Source: Prorocentrum cordatum
Taxonomy: Eukaryota
Direction: 5' to 3'
Assembly (NCBI GenBank): GCA_963575745.1
Contig: CAUYUJ010000249.1
Span: forward strand, 62,001-116,363
DNA length: 54,363 nucleotides
Part shown: positions 14,510-28,350 of the stretch, piece after piece
Layout of the letters: every line of letters begins with the position of its first letter
Position numbering within the stretch: position 1 is the first letter of the stretch
Translations under genes and position numbers: made by a program
Notes under the pieces: generated by a model
Told to the model about the DNA's origin: nothing
The model's database searches: none
What the model saw: only the letters and a program-made list of their open reading frames with translations

Positions 14510-15665
14510 CCACATGCAGCGCGGTGGAAACGACGCACGGACTGCCGGCCCCGGCCCCCACGGGGACCCTGCCGGTAACGTACCCTGTCGCGAATTAGCT
14601 CGCGAGGTACATGCCTGGATCAACGTGACCACAGGCATTATGACCCCTTCCCAACAGGCCGCGGCTCTGCAGCGTGGTTTGGGAGGGCTAGCAAGGACCG
14701 TAGCCATGGGCCATGAGAGTTCCCCCCGCAGCGATTAACTTCGATGTTAATTTTGGTGGTCGCCACACCGATGGCGTCACCTACGTCGCGTTCCTCCTCA
14801 GCACGAAGTTCGAGAACCGGGAAGAGGAATGCCAAGTAAACTCGGGAACAGCTCTCGTCGACTTTGGCGTCCATGCGGGAGAACGGATCGACCATGCGTT
14901 AGCCCGGTTTGAGATAGCACGTTCTGAGGCCGAGACCGCAGACTTAAACATTTCCAGCTTCCAGATCCTAACAGGTATATTGTTCAGAGCTCCGGATGCT
15001 GGTACATCGCGTGCACCGCAATCACGATAACCATTAAACCACCAAATGTCAAGAACTCAGCAGCAGTTGACGCTTTATTAGAGCGCATGAGGTCTTACCC
15101 CATTTTGCTGAGCGGACTCCTGGCAACATTGGTGGTGGATTCAGCCACGGTCATCGTACTGATTCTTTGCATGCCGACACCCAGGAAGGGCAACCTGCTA
15201 ACAACGTCTGGCATGACGATCCACAACCAGCCGAGGCCACCACTTTATTATACCAACAGGGTGGCCGGCCTACGGGGTCGCAAGTTTCCTGGGTTCGTTA
15301 TCAGGGACCGTCGACAACGGCTGCCCCTACCCAAGCCACTACCCTCGTAGGCTCTGCGAGACAATCGGCTGAGTCCGAAATCGACTCTGGCACCGACATT
15401 GACACCTCATCGGATGCGCGAAATGGTAACCTGTTGCTCTGAAAGATGAGCAGGCGCCGATGGAGACGTTGTATGAAGAAACCAGTTCGGAAGGTACGAC
15501 GTGCGGTCAAAGGGTAAGGGTAGAGGCACGGGTAAACGACGGAGACGATATGGCAGAGGTATGCTGGCAGTCTTGGCATCCCTTACGGGACCACAATATG
15601 AAGACATGTTGCTGGGGTCAGGTAGAGGCCGCAGGCGCACCTCAGGAAAAGGTAAGGAACGCCCG
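14510..15665 (+). pseudogene. Frameshifted gag-like relic of an LTR retrotransposon
   Basis: Fragments in successive frames read HAWINVTT..SQQAAALQRGLGGLARTVA / DGVTYVAFLLSTKF..EEE..LVDF..GERIDHALARFEIAR / ERTPGNI / DSGTDIDTSSD / WRRCMKKPVRKVRR / KGKGRG..TSGKGK. This order resembles gag regions of dinoflagellate Copia-like polyproteins as I recall them; not database-verified. Confidence 0.5.
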
Positions 15666-16404
15666 CGTGTCCGTCGAGATTTGCGCCGACGAGCTCTTCC
15701 AGGATATCTACTCTGGCCATGAAGAGATCGAACTTGCAGGTTGGCTGGGCATTCCTATCGCGGGGCAACCGGCACAAATAGAGTTCATCGAGGACTGCCA
15801 CATGTCCGCCGAGTCGGACCACGAGATGGCGGCGGCACCTGCAGACTCCGATGTTCGGATGCCAGCTACGGAGGAGGAGCTCCACTTGGCGCTCCTGCCG
15901 CAGGTGATTGGGAGACCTATGCGCAGGGAAACCTGCGACAACGATCCTTTGCGGGGTAACCTGCGTGACGCTTGCGACCTTTCTGAGCGCGTTCAATGCG
16001 AACTCGGACGCGATGAATGTTCTCACTTCACGTTTGTACCACACGACCGGTCTACAAGCCGCCCGGCTTGGAGACGAGTGCGTAGAAGTGACGATGGCGA
16101 CGAAGAATGGGAAGTTGAGAGCCATCCGCCATACCGTCACGGGCGGAGCCATTCGCGCAGGCGCTCGCGCGCCCGCTCCAGCGGCGCACGGCGCCCACGA
16201 ACACCTGATCTGAGATTTCCAACAATTCCCCGCAGAGGGGGGCGTTCGCGGGGAAACCCGCCTCAGGACAAAGAGCGCCCAGGTGAACCCGATGACCCTC
16301 GCCAACGCAGACTTGTCAGTCAAGATAGCGACGGGCTTGCTCGCCAATCTATATCTATATCTACATATACACACATATATATATATATATATGTATATAT
16401 ATAC

Positions 16405-16476
<72 letters not shown>

Positions 16477-16479
16477 GAG

Positions 16480-17337
16480 TAGGGCCCGGGGGCGGCCCGG
16501 GGCGCTGCCTGTAATCTCCATGGGGGGTACAGGGCGCCCCCGGGAGCGTCCGAAACGTCCCGGAGGGCCCCTGGGACCGCCAGAAACAGTTCGAGACCGC
16601 CCAAGACGGCCCGCGAGCGCTCCAAGACGCGCATAGATAGCCTCAGGAATGGCCAGGAAGGCCCGAAGACGTTCCAAGAGAGCTCCATGAGGCCCCGAAG
16701 GCATCCCAAGAGGCCTCCCAAGAGAGCCCCGACAAGCCAAAATCGTTGATTCTGTATTGTTTTTTTTCGAGGTTTGGCCTTCTCGCTTTTTCGGGGTTCC
16801 GACGCTCCAAGACCGTCCAAGAGTCTCCCAAAACCGCTCCAAGACGGCCGAAGAGGCCCCCAAGACCGCCCAAGACGGCCCAAGAGACCCCCAAAATCGT
16901 CCCAAGACGGCCCAGGAGAGCCCCAAGATGGCCCAGGAGCCGCCCAAGACGGTTCCAGGAGAGCCCCGACAGGGCTTCAAGACTGCCTAAGCGAGCCCAG
17001 CGGTCCCCAAGAGGGCCCCGCGAGGCCCCAAGAGGCCCCAAAGAGGCCCCCAAGAGCCTCCCCGGAGGCCCCCAGAGGCCCCCAAGATGCCCAAAAATGG
17101 CCCTGAGCGCGCCCCAAGACGCCTCCAGGAGAGCCCAACAGGCCTCCGAGAGGCCCCCAAGAGGCCCACTGGAGGCCCTCAGGAGGTCGTCCCCATCATG
17201 TTCCCGGAAGGCGGTCCGGGAACATGATTCCGCGCCTTGGAGGAGTATTCTGCGCCTTCCGAGGCGCCTTGGACGACGTACGTATGTTTCTATAGATTGT
17301 CCTTCTCCTGTGTACACAATCCTACATGTTTTACGTA

Positions 17338-17384
<47 letters not shown>

Positions 17385-18050
17385 GTATATGTATATGTAT
17401 GTATGTGTATATGTATGTATGTATGTATACATATATATATATATAAATAATGGGGAGGGGTCCTGGACCAGGGGGGGGCCTCACTTTGCCCAGTGGCTGT
17501 GGTCACCCCCCCGCCGGAGACGCCAGGACGCTCCCAGGACCCTCTAAAATGGCTCCAGGACGCCCTCAGGACAGCCCAAGAGAGGTCCGAAGCGGCCCGG
17601 GAGCACTCCAAGACGGTTAAAAAGCTGCCAAAGCGTCCCAGCAGGTCTCCGACAGCACTCCCGGGAGGGGCCCAATAGGAAATTGTCACTGATTTTTAGT
17701 GGGTTTTGAAGGGTTTTGGCGTTCTCCCCAGTTCGGCTTCCAGACGCTCCAAGGCGGCCCAAGAGGCCCGAAAGATCGCCTCAAGACGAGCCCAGAGGCC
17801 CCCAAGAGACCACCGAGACAGCCCAAGAGGGCCCCAAGACGGCCCAGGAAGCTTCCAAGACGGCCCAAAAGAGCTTCCAGAACACTCCAAGAGGAGCCCC
17901 AGATGGGGAACACGAACTGACATTTCGAGCCCTCGCCCACCAGAAGCTCCCAAGAGGCCCCCAGGAGTCCGCAAGAGGCCTCGAGAGGCCCCCAGGAAGC
18001 TCCAAGAGGCCTCCAAAAGGCGCCGAAAGGGCCCCGCAAGGCTTCCAGAC
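16480..18050. repeat. GC-rich degenerate CCAAGA(C/G)GGC repeat blocks separated by (TA)n
   Basis: Dozens of ccaagacggc/ccaagaggcc units; (TA)n at 16350-16474 and 17341-17445. Confidence 0.85.
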
Positions 18051-18179
18051 GCTGGTGATAATGACAATGATGATTATGCAGGGCGGCCTCAGGCCCACAA
18101 CCTAAATCCCCAATACTGCTCACGCGGCATGCAAGACGCTGCGGAGATATCCTCGAGTTCGGCGGGGGAGCTTCGGAGA

Positions 18180-18290
18180 CGACGGTGACGAAAATGATGA
18201 CGATGATGACGACTATTATGCAGTTGACGACGATGATGATGATGATGAGGATGATGATGATGATGATGATGATGACGATGCTGATGATGC

Positions 18291-18326
<36 letters not shown>

Positions 18327-18895
18327 GGAAGAAGACGATTATGATGATGATGTTGACAATTGGAATGATGATGCTGATGATGATGATGTTGATGATGGTG
18401 ATCGTGATGTGAGTGATGGTGATGATGATGATGATGGTGGTGACGCTGACGATCATGATGACGATGATGGTGATGCCGTTGAGGATGGTGATGATGACGA
18501 TCAGTATGATGATGCTGCTGATGGTCAGGATGATAACGCCGATGCTGATAATGCTGGTGGCGACGCTGTTTATGGTGCTTGTTATGTAGGAGTGGGCGGG
18601 TGATGAAGATGATGACGATGATGATGACGATAACGATGACGACGATCACGACGACGACGACGAGAATGATGACGATGGCGATGATGAGGATGATTATGTT
18701 GATAATTCAGGTGACGTTATTGACGATGATGACGACGATGGCGATGATGACGATGGTGGTGACGATGTTGCTGCTGATGGTGGTGATGGTGACGATTGTG
18801 ATGATGGTGATGGTCATGGTGATGATGACGATGCCGCTGACGATGACGCCGGATATGATGGTGATGAGGATGGCAATGATGACGATGACGATTAT
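18180..18895. repeat. Imperfect (GAT)n microsatellite
   Basis: Direct reading. Confidence 0.95.
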
Positions 18896-18900
18896 CCTAG

Positions 18901-18941
18901 CTAGAACTTGAGCGCGCGCGAAGCGCGCGCGATGGTTCTAG
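18901..18941 (+). mobile_element. Helitron-like 3' terminus
   Basis: Hairpin GCGCGCGC-GAA-GCGCGCGC (18912-18930), followed 7 nt later by CTAG|T. CTAGAAC/GTTCTAG extend the stem. Confidence 0.55.
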
Positions 18942-21139
18942 TATATGTATATATATATATATACACCTACATGTATATGTATGAATATAGAAGGGAGACG
19001 TGGAGCATTGGCTGAGACATGGGCGCGCCGAGCACGCCACCCGCCATTGGTGGTCATTTCAGAATGTGGCGCGCGATGGCCGAGGCAAAATCGTCCGCTC
19101 CAATCGGGAAAGCCTCGCTAAGTCCGTCGCCGCGTCGGAAAGGAAGGACACAAAAAAGGGCCATCATTGAACATCGGAGAGAGCATCGAGAACAGGTATG
19201 TGGCTGCGAAAATTTTGCGGACCACGAACCAAACTGTCCGAAGGGGCGGCCTTCAAGGAGTCCCAGGTTCGAGCAGACCCCGTGGGTACTGGTCCCACGG
19301 GGACGGCCTAGGACGCAGGGTAGATCCGACCTGCAATCCTAGGGAAGCCCTCTTGACCAAGGATGACTATCAGCCGCTAAGGGCTCGCGAGGCACAACGC
19401 TTTGAGCAACATTGAAAGGAACTCAATGACAATCACTGGCTTAAGCGGTACAATCGAGGATTCAGTACGACCGCGCGCGTAGCGCAACCAGCTCCCTCTG
19501 CGGGGCAACCCGTTTCTTCTTCACGCGAAGGAACCCGTTTCTTTATTGCTTGGGGCATGACGGGCGTCATGGCCCCCGCTCCCCCCCATGACGTAACGCC
19601 CCCGCACCAGTGGCACCAGTGCGCTTCGGGCACGGCCGCCGTGCGCATTGGGAGCCGCGTAGGTGTCCGCGTAGGAATCCGCATGGGAGTCTGGTCCGCA
19701 GTCGTCGCCCAGCATAGCGAGGCACTGCGCAGACCTGAGCGGGGCCTCGCCGTCCTTGGGGGGCCATGTCATGTTGTTGTTGCCCCGCCGACGTTACAAG
19801 CCCCTTGCCCACCGTCTTCTATTGGACCTTGCGTCGTCCTTACTGACTCAGGGGTTCACTTGGATGCTCATCGTGTTTCCCTTGGTTGTGGTCCTGCGAA
19901 CCTTCCGAATGCCGCTCGCAGAAGTATATGCGTCCATGTCACGTCGCCGCCTTCTCGTCAAATCTCCCAAGCTACTCCTGCCCTGATTTGCGCACGGGCT
20001 GGGTACGTCGCCAGGGTAATTTCTGAAGCGTTGTCAGAAGACGCCGACATAATAGCGTAGCACCCCGCAGTTTGGCGCGGGGTGGGTCGTGGGTGGGTCG
20101 CGAGTGGGTCGCGGGGTGGGTCGCGGGGTGGGTCGCGACTGGGTCGCGGGCGAGGATGACGACAACAACAACAAAGAACAAAGACAACATCAACACCGCA
20201 ACAGTAACAATCCGCGCCGCGGAAGCGCGCTTCAGCCACTTGGGCCAAACGGTCAAGCATTCAGTGAACCGAGTGGATGACCGTTCGGCCCTCTCACTCG
20301 GGTCACTCCCGGTCCGGAGGAGCTGGCTGTCGGGCCGTTCCCCAGGCTCGTTCGTGGCCGAGCTTCGCCGTGGCCAGAAGAGCCGTCTCGATCCTTCTTC
20401 AGCGTGCCATATGGTAGCACAATGGCTGCAATCGGGTGGGCGTATCGGGTGTCACCGTTGGCGCTTCTCTGGCCGTTCCCTAGGTCTAGGTTGGTGAACC
20501 TGTTCGTGGCCGAGGCTCGCCATGGCCAGAAGAGCCTTCTCGTTCCTTCTTCAGCGCGTCGTATGGTAGCACGATGGGCGATTCGTGATCGCCTCGTGTG
20601 GGTGTGGGCATGTGTGTGCCTGTGTCTGTGTCTGTGTCTGTGTCTGTGTCTGTCTGTGTGTGTGTGTGTTTGAGTTTTGCCCAGAGGGCCCCCGTGTGCG
20701 CTTCATCGGTGCCTCCTGCGGTGTGTGTGTGTGTGTGTGTGCCAGGGATTCGCCAGGTGGTAGCCCGCGGGCGCTCCATGGGTGCCCTTGTGAGGGTAGG
20801 CGTGGCAAGAGTTTTCCCCAGTGGGCGCCGCGTGGGCGCCGCGTGGGCACCTCGTGCACAGGGTTGGTGTGCGGGGGGGAGGGATCGCCCGGAAGGCTCC
20901 CCTTCGGCGCCACATGTGCTGTTAGCTATGCAGCGCGCAACTTGCATCACACGAGTACCTTGCAGCACGGAGCTTTCACCGCACAGATTGCACCAAATTC
21001 GCCGGCCCAACGGGCCAGAGGCGTGCTAAGATCTCCAGTAACTACTTAACAATATTTCTAGTTCGCGCGCGCTGGGCGGCCCCTGGGGGGCCCCGGGCGA
21101 AAAGTACCCCGGCAAGTACCCTGTACCTTGCAGCACGGA

Positions 21140-23400
21140 GCTTTCACCGCACAGATTGCACCAAATAACAGGTTGGCCCAAGTAGGTTGCACCATAGAAA
21201 AGCTCACGACATATTGCAACCAAGGGTGCACCATAGAGTTTGCACCGTATAGCATGCACCGCATCATTGCCTGCACCACGTAAATTCCACATCGAGAGTG
21301 CTGAACACACTGTTTAGGAGTCCAGGCTGACAACCATTGTACTCTCCCGCTCGCACTTTTCGCACGGTTGTGCCCCGGCTTCGAGGCAACAGGTGTCAAG
21401 GCCGCGAAGATGGGTGCCCTTACCAAGGCTTCGATGGGCAGGAGAGGGCGAGAAGGGATGGGACGCGAGGGTGGCCAAGCACACGAACGAGAAGAGGAGG
21501 GGAGATGGAGATGGCGGGGGGCGAAACGTGGTTCGAGGTTCGGGTTTCGAGATTCTCACACGGTTTCGTCAGACCTCGGCGGTCTCTAGCCTCGGGATGC
21601 CTTCCTGCAGCTGCGCCGCACCGAGTGCGTTCCGGGGATGCCCAGATCGTCTCAAACGGCCGCCAGAAACCCGAGCTTTGATTCTCCAAGCCGGACGACG
21701 GGCATCTCTCAGGTCCGGCAGCAGGGGACCGACTACGCGTAAGAGTGGCCCTTCGCAAGAATGACCTTTGGCTTGGCATCGCTCGGACGTGTGCATTATT
21801 CCTTCGGCGAGGACCATCGAGGAGCATCCTTGATCATTTGGGGAAAAAGCCACACACGAAACCGAAACAAGCACAGGGAATGGACGTCCGAGCGATGGCC
21901 AGTTGGGTGCGGGCTCACCAGGGTCCCCCCCGATCGCTGAGCCCGATGCGGTAGCGGCTGCTTGCGCGCCTCTTTAGTCCGCGCGCTAGAGGTCACTCTT
22001 GCCTAGGGTCGCTCTTACGAGTAGACGAGGGGAGGATGGATGGTGGCTGGAGTGGAAGGGGGGGAGAGGGGGATGGAGAGGACGGGTGGAAGAGTCGAGG
22101 TGGCGCGAACATATGGATCAAGGCGCGCGTGGATTTGGCGACCGGTCCCGTTTCCGTGCAGACTCGATATGCGTTCCGTCGCCACGCTCGGCGGCAGGGG
22201 CTTCCTGATGCGTCGGGGGGTACCATCCCAGATCCGCGAACCTGGCGCCCTCCGCACCAAATCCACGGATCCGTCATCCATAATAGCGTGCGCCCGAAAG
22301 AGAGAGAGGGAGGGGATTGGCCATGATTCTGGCCTTGCGACGCGGCTGCCGCCCCCAACAGGCCCTTGTTGGTGATGTCAGTCTCGGGAGGGGGAGTGCC
22401 TGGTCTGGAGCTTTCCCGGGGACGTCTGTAGCCAAGCGATCGGAAGCAACAGCCATGTCGGGGGAGGGGGCCATGGTCATACCAAAAAGCATGGGGCTCC
22501 CACGGTTTGGCTAGCGCTTCCCCCTTGAGGGACACCTTGACGATGCCGAAGACGCTCCCTTCATCCGTCGTCTGGTTAACTAGGGCTCCCCTGCTGCAAA
22601 TGGAGTTCTTGTTTGCGGTCCCTGGTTGTTAGGCCTCGTCGGGCCTCGCCTCGAGCCCTCTTCGGGCGTCTCTGAGGGGCTTCCTGGAGCACATCGTGGC
22701 ATCGGGGGACCCTGTTGGAGCGTTTCGGAAGCCGTCTTGACTTGGTCTTCGGACATGCGCCAGCCGTCTTGGGGCTCTCTCTGGCCGTCTCGGAGCAGTC
22801 TAGGGTTCGAGCATGGCATCGACGGGCAACACGAGTTGGCGGTATTACGCCAATGTCGGCGAACACCTGGAACAGTACACACGTTTTTGCTGGGCAGTTG
22901 GCGGGCATCCCAGCATGTCTCGATCGTCCCAGTATTGTGGTGAATGTCAAAATGTTCTGCATTTGGCGTGCGCCATGTGTTTTGGGTCTCCGTCCTGACT
23001 ATCCCGGTTTGTTTTCTGGCTGCGCATGCGATGGTTCATATTGCACAACCCAGCCGGAAACCAGCGCAGCACCCCATGACCCCCCCCTTCTAACGGTGTC
23101 GTCTAGCGTCAAAGGTCGCAGGAGTCAGGACTTGGCAAGTGCCCGCTATAGTGTCGCTCCTGCGGCGTGGTCGGCGCCTCATGGGGTCGTGTGAGAATGG
23201 GTGCGGAGAATGGTTGTTCGACATCTCTATCCGACTACCCCGCGTACTGTGATCGCAACTGTCTGGAATCGTTATGAACTATTCGCGTGCCCCCACCAGC
23301 CCATCCAGCGAACAGCGCGTCGCACCTCTTTCCCTCTTGCCTGGCGGCTGGCGTGTTTTGATATTATGTGGTCGGTTGCGGTCAGATCCAGTCTGACTAG
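21140..23400 (+). repeat. Diverged dispersed copy of the 41.8-43.7 kb repeat
   Basis: Collinear matches, e.g. GAGGCAACAGGTGTCAAGGCCGCGAAGATGGGTGC and CTGGTTAACTAGGGCTCCCC. Confidence 0.85.
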
Positions 23401-26204
23401 TTGACGTGTCATTTCTCTTGGTCTTAACTTGTCTGTTTTTGTTGGTGCCAGATGTGATCTCATTTGTTTGTGTATATCTGGATGTGAACAGTCAGCAAGT
23501 TAAAGAAGTGTGGTCACTCAAACGCCTGCCTTCCGTCCATCTCCAATAGATTGCGTTGCACGGTTAAAGTAGCTCCTTCTCCTCATCCGTCTCCCCTCGG
23601 TAATCACACTCGCGATCGGCATTCGCTTCCTCCGCCATCGAAGTCATCAACCTCCTCTGTCAGCAATGCCTGCTCCCTCCTCTTTACTCTACCTCCCTTT
23701 CCTGCGCAACTCCACCTGCGTGCCCGATTTCTTCGGAGGGGGGAGGAACTCTGGACACGCGTGCGGCCCATTCCCCTTTGGTCGGCGCTGTTCTGGCCGC
23801 TTCCTCTTTGGCATTGCTTGCTCCTTAGGGGCAACGTTTGTGTTGGGGGCGCTAGGCTCGGGTGGGAACGCATGAGCCCCAAATCGCCCACTCATCGCCG
23901 ATGGAGGCCTGATGACCCACCCCGCCTGGGAGCATCCGGACTCGCTCTCGAGGGCCTACGTACCACCGATCCGTCGGCAATGTATCGCCGATTCCAGCGC
24001 AATGTTTTCCCGCCCGGGTCAACCCCTCCGACCGTTGACCCTCAGTCCTTCAGTTGTCGGCCTGGTCTGGTCGGCCCATTTGCTCCGTCTGGCCTGGTGA
24101 ATGCAGTTGAAGTGGACTTGCGCAGATCGCCCAGTGTGAGACTCGCCCGCAGCGATCAGCTGGACAAGGGAGGAGCAGAAGGATCAGGTAAAGCAGCCAC
24201 GCCACGACGAATTGAGTATGGAGCCATCCCTGGTAGACTCCTGTGAATCGCAGTTCTGGAGGCTCCCGCCAGCCTCTCGAGGGCCCCACCGTCGGTCTCG
24301 AGGGGGGGGGGACGTCCTGCAAGCCAAGACGAGCCAACACACCTTGGGCTTGAGTGCGAGGCTTCCCCGCCGCGTCTTCGGCCGCACCAGGCGACACCCG
24401 GGGCCTTCACCCCCAGCGGTCCGCCGCAGCGAGGGCGGCCCTGGGGCGGGGCCGGGACTTCGAGGACCAGAGAGAGAGAGAGCGGGGAGCGGGACGTAAC
24501 TCTGGGCCACCAGCCGTCCAGAGGGCAAGGGGCGGGGGGGGGGGGGTGCTCGCCGTTGTCCTCATGGGGGGGGGGGCGCCAGAGGGCACAGTGGAAGCCC
24601 ATGCCTAGAGACACCCCGCTTGCCTCCAGGGTGCCCCGGGTTTCTTGGGTTTCGATGGTTTTGCGATGGAAAGCGTGACGTTTCCACACCACGAATCAAT
24701 GGACGTCATGGGGTCTCAGGGTTGGGTTTCTTGTGGAAGATTTCTTGTGGTCGAGCTCTTTCTGTAGGACCATCGCCCGTTCGCGGCCAGAGCGTGATGA
24801 TCTTTCAGGCTGTGAGCTTCCTCCGGCGCCCCTGGTTCCTCTGCTCTCAGGGCAGGTTGTGAGGATGTTTGGAGCGAAGCGCTGGTTTCAGCACACCAAG
24901 GGGGAAACGCCATGGGGCAGGACAATCGCCCGTCCGCAACCAGTTTGTGGGGATGTATCAGGCGGCTTGCGCTTCGGCAGGGGAAGCCGCCAAGGGATAG
25001 GACACGCGCCCGTTCGCGGCATCCAGAGGGCCAGGGTGGGGGGTGCTGTCGAAAGACGCTGAAATAATAGCGTAGCAATCCGCAGTTGCGGACAAGAGTG
25101 ATGCGGCGTGGGCGGAGTTGGTCGCGGGTGGGTCGCGTGTGGGTCGCGGGGTGGGTCGCGGTGTACGTCGCGGGGTGGGTCGCGGGTGGGTCGCGGCGGG
25201 CCGTCAGCGAGGACGACGACAAAAACAATCATTTAATATTGATCGCTTCTATCTGAGCGCGTGCCATTCCACACGTATGTCCCACGTGTGTCTTAGCGCA
25301 GCCCCTAAGACAAGCTCCTAAAACAAGGGAAGAGAGGACGGATAGAAATGGGGAGGGAGAAGGATGGAGCATGAGAGAGATTAGCAGGAGGGGGGCTAGG
25401 AGAAGAAAACACGTGGCACAACCAGACGGGCAAATCGGGCGGGTAAACCCGAACGGGTGGGTCGGGAAGGTGGGCCCAGGCAGCCAAGTCGAGTAGGCAG
25501 GTTGCTGAAGCGTGAGTCCCGCGTGAATCGCGAGGATGTCTCGAGCGATAGCGCGGTCCCCAAGTAAATCGTGAGAGAGGCCAGATCGAGAGCGTGATTT
25601 CTGAGCGTCGAGGGCGCGGCGTCTGAATACATTGTGAGGAAGTCCCACGCAAGAGCACGATTTCGGAATTCACTGTGAGGATGTATCAGGCGGGAGCAGT
25701 TGTTGTTGAACTCTCATTCTTGAAGAATGATTCTTGTTGGTCCCCCCCGTCCGGTGCACATTGTTTGTTCTTGATTGAAGTGCCTTTTCTGGGGCTCGTA
25801 CCCTGTTTTTTGATGAGGGAAAGTCTTGAGGGTCAAACTGTGTCGTTGGCCCCCGGGTTACCACAACAACAACAACAGCAACAGCAATAGCAACAGCAAC
25901 GGCTCCCGCTTGAGACTTCCTCACAGTTTAGCCAGGACCCCCGCTACCGCCCGAGACTTCTTTGCATTCTGTGCAGGAATCGCGCTCTCGCTTGGGACTT
26001 CCTTGCAATTTATTCAGGAATCGCTCCCCCAGCGCTCTGGAGTCGCGCTCTCGCTGGACACTTGCTTGCAATTTACTGAAGACTAGCGCCCTTGCATCGG
26101 ACATTCTTGCAATGTATTCAAGCGCCGCGCTCCCGACACCCAGGCACCCAGGAGTCGCGCTCAGGTTTAGGACTCCCTCACAGATTACCTAAGAATCGGG
26201 ATCT

Positions 26205-27062
26205 CGCTGCCCTTCGTGGCCCCGTTGCAGCCCTTCGTGGCCCCCTCGCTTCGTTTCGTGGCCCCCTCGCTGCCCTTCGTGGCCCCCTCGCTGCCCTTCG
26301 CGGCCCCGTTGCAGCCCTTCGTGGCCCCCTCGCTGCCCTTCGTCGCCCCGTTGCAGCCCTTCGTGGCACCCTCGCTTTGTTTCGTGGCCCCGTTGCAGCC
26401 CTTCGTGGCCCCCTCGCTGCCCTTCGTGGCCCCCTCGCAGCCCTTCGTGGCCCCGTTGCAGCCCTTCGCGGCCCCCTCGCTGCCCTTCGTGGCCCCCTCG
26501 CTGCCCTTCGTGGCCCCATATATGTATGCCCTTCGTGGCCCCCGCTCGTTCGCGCCCGTGGTGGCCCCATATGCATGCCCTTCGTGGCCCCGCTGTCGCC
26601 CTTCGTGGCCCCCTCGCTGCCCTTCGTGGCCCCGTTGCTGCCCTCAGTGGCCCCGTCCTTGCCCTCCGCGGCCCAGTATACGTATGCCCTTCGTGGCCCC
26701 CGTTCGTTCACGCCCGTTGTGGTCCCATGTGCATGCCCTTCGTGGCCCCGCTGTCGCCGTTTGTGGCCCCCTCACTGTCCTACGTGGCCCAGTTGCTACC
26801 TTCTGTGGCCCCGTCGTTGCCTTCTGTGGCCCCGCATGATCTGCCCTTCGTGGCCCCCGATCGTTCGCGCCCGTCGTTGCCCCATTCTCATGCCCTTCGT
26901 GGCCCCGCTGTCGCCCTTCGTGGCTCCGTTGCTGCCCTCAGTGGCCCCGTCCTTGCCCTCCGCGGCCCAGTATACGTATGCCCTTCGTGGCCCCCGTTCG
27001 TTCACGCCCGTTGTGGTCCCATGTGCATGCCCTTCGTGGCCCCGCTGTCGCCCTTCGTGGCC
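26205..27062. repeat. 21-bp minisatellite CCCTTCGTGGCCCC(CTCGCTG/GTTGCAG) with higher-order blocks
   Basis: Tandem units; the block at ~26570-26760 recurs at ~26890-27060. Confidence 0.95.
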
Positions 27063-27113
27063 TACTTCGTGTCCTTGTGGCCCTGCTGTCGTTCTCTCTC
27101 GCTCTCGCTTTCG

Positions 27114-27154
<41 letters not shown>

Positions 27155-27466
27155 GGTTGGTCCCCTGTCCGTGCCTCGTGGGGTCGGGTCGACGGTCCGC
27201 TGCCTCCTGCCGATCAGCGCTGCCGCTGGCCAGGCCGACGGTCCGCGGCCGCCTCGCCGCTTGCCGGGGCCCGGCATGCAGAGAAGAAAGGAATACCCCC
27301 CAAGCGGGGTTCGATCGAAGACGAAAAGGGCGGGTATCGAGGGTTTGGGAAATACGCGTCACTGGACACTCGAGCAGATAAGGGCGAACTGTCTTAACAT
27401 GATTGTTGGTGTTGTTGCTGTTGTTGTTGTCGTGGTTGTTGTTGTTGTTGCTGTTGTTGTTGTTGC

Positions 27467-27510
<44 letters not shown>

Positions 27511-27619
27511 GCTCTTGTGTGTTAGTTGTTAAATTCTTATTATTGTTGGAGCCCCGACGCGCCCTGGCGCTCTCGCCTCGGCGCCAGCTACATTTTAAAT
27601 GAAAATGAGGCTCACGCTC

Positions 27620-28350
27620 GAGCGGTTGGGGGGGGCGCCAAAACGGGCCCCCCAACAACAACAACGCTCCCGCTCGAGACTTCCTTTTTTTACCCCGAGT
27701 CAGTGCTCTTGCTTGCCGCCGAAAACGGCCGCCGCAACAAAACCAACGCTCCCACTCGAGACTTCTTCCCGCTTTACCTTGGACTGGCGCGCTACTTTTT
27801 CCCTTCATCGGCGCCGCCCCCAGCAAGAACAAAGCTCCCGTCGAGATTTTTTTGGTTTCCCCTAGAGCCGGTGCTGTTGCCCGCCGCCGAAAACCGCCGC
27901 CCCAACAAAACCAGCGTTCCCGCCCGAGACCTTTTCCCGTTTTGCATTGAACTGGCGCCCAGCTGTTTTTTGAATTGGCGCCGCCCCCAGCAAGAACAAC
28001 GCTCCCGCTCGAGGCGTCCTCCCTTTTTCTCAGGACGGTGCTGCTCCTCCCGCCGACAGCCCCCGTCCCGACAAAACTGCAGCTCCCGTTCGAGACTTCT
28101 TACCTTCTTACTCAAGGCGGTGTTCCTCCTCGCCGCCGACAACCGCCGTCCCAGCAAAACCAGCGATCCCGCTTGAGACTTCGTGTGGTTTCACGCTGGA
28201 CTAGCGCCCCACTCTTTTTCTGCATTGGCGCCGCTCCCAGCAACAACAGCGGCCCTGCTCGAGACTTCCTCCATTTCTATTCAGGGCCAGGTCTTTGCCT
28301 CGCCGCCGACAGCCCCCATCCCAACCAAGGCAATCCTGTCGCTCGGTATT
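27620..28350. repeat. Degenerate tandem repeat with a CGCTCCCGCTCGAGACTTC core (~85-bp spacing)
   Basis: The core recurs through the interval. Related to GAAGTCTCAGGCGGGAGC units at 29.5-29.9 kb and 49.6-51.2 kb. Confidence 0.75.

Noticed and set aside
15583..18456. Long ORFs across the (TA)n and CCAAGAGGCC blocks
   Set aside because: Low-complexity repeats open in many frames.
26092..27602. 429- and 358-aa ORFs (ALRGPLA / PFVAPS repeats)
   Set aside because: 21-bp minisatellite open in multiple frames on both strands.
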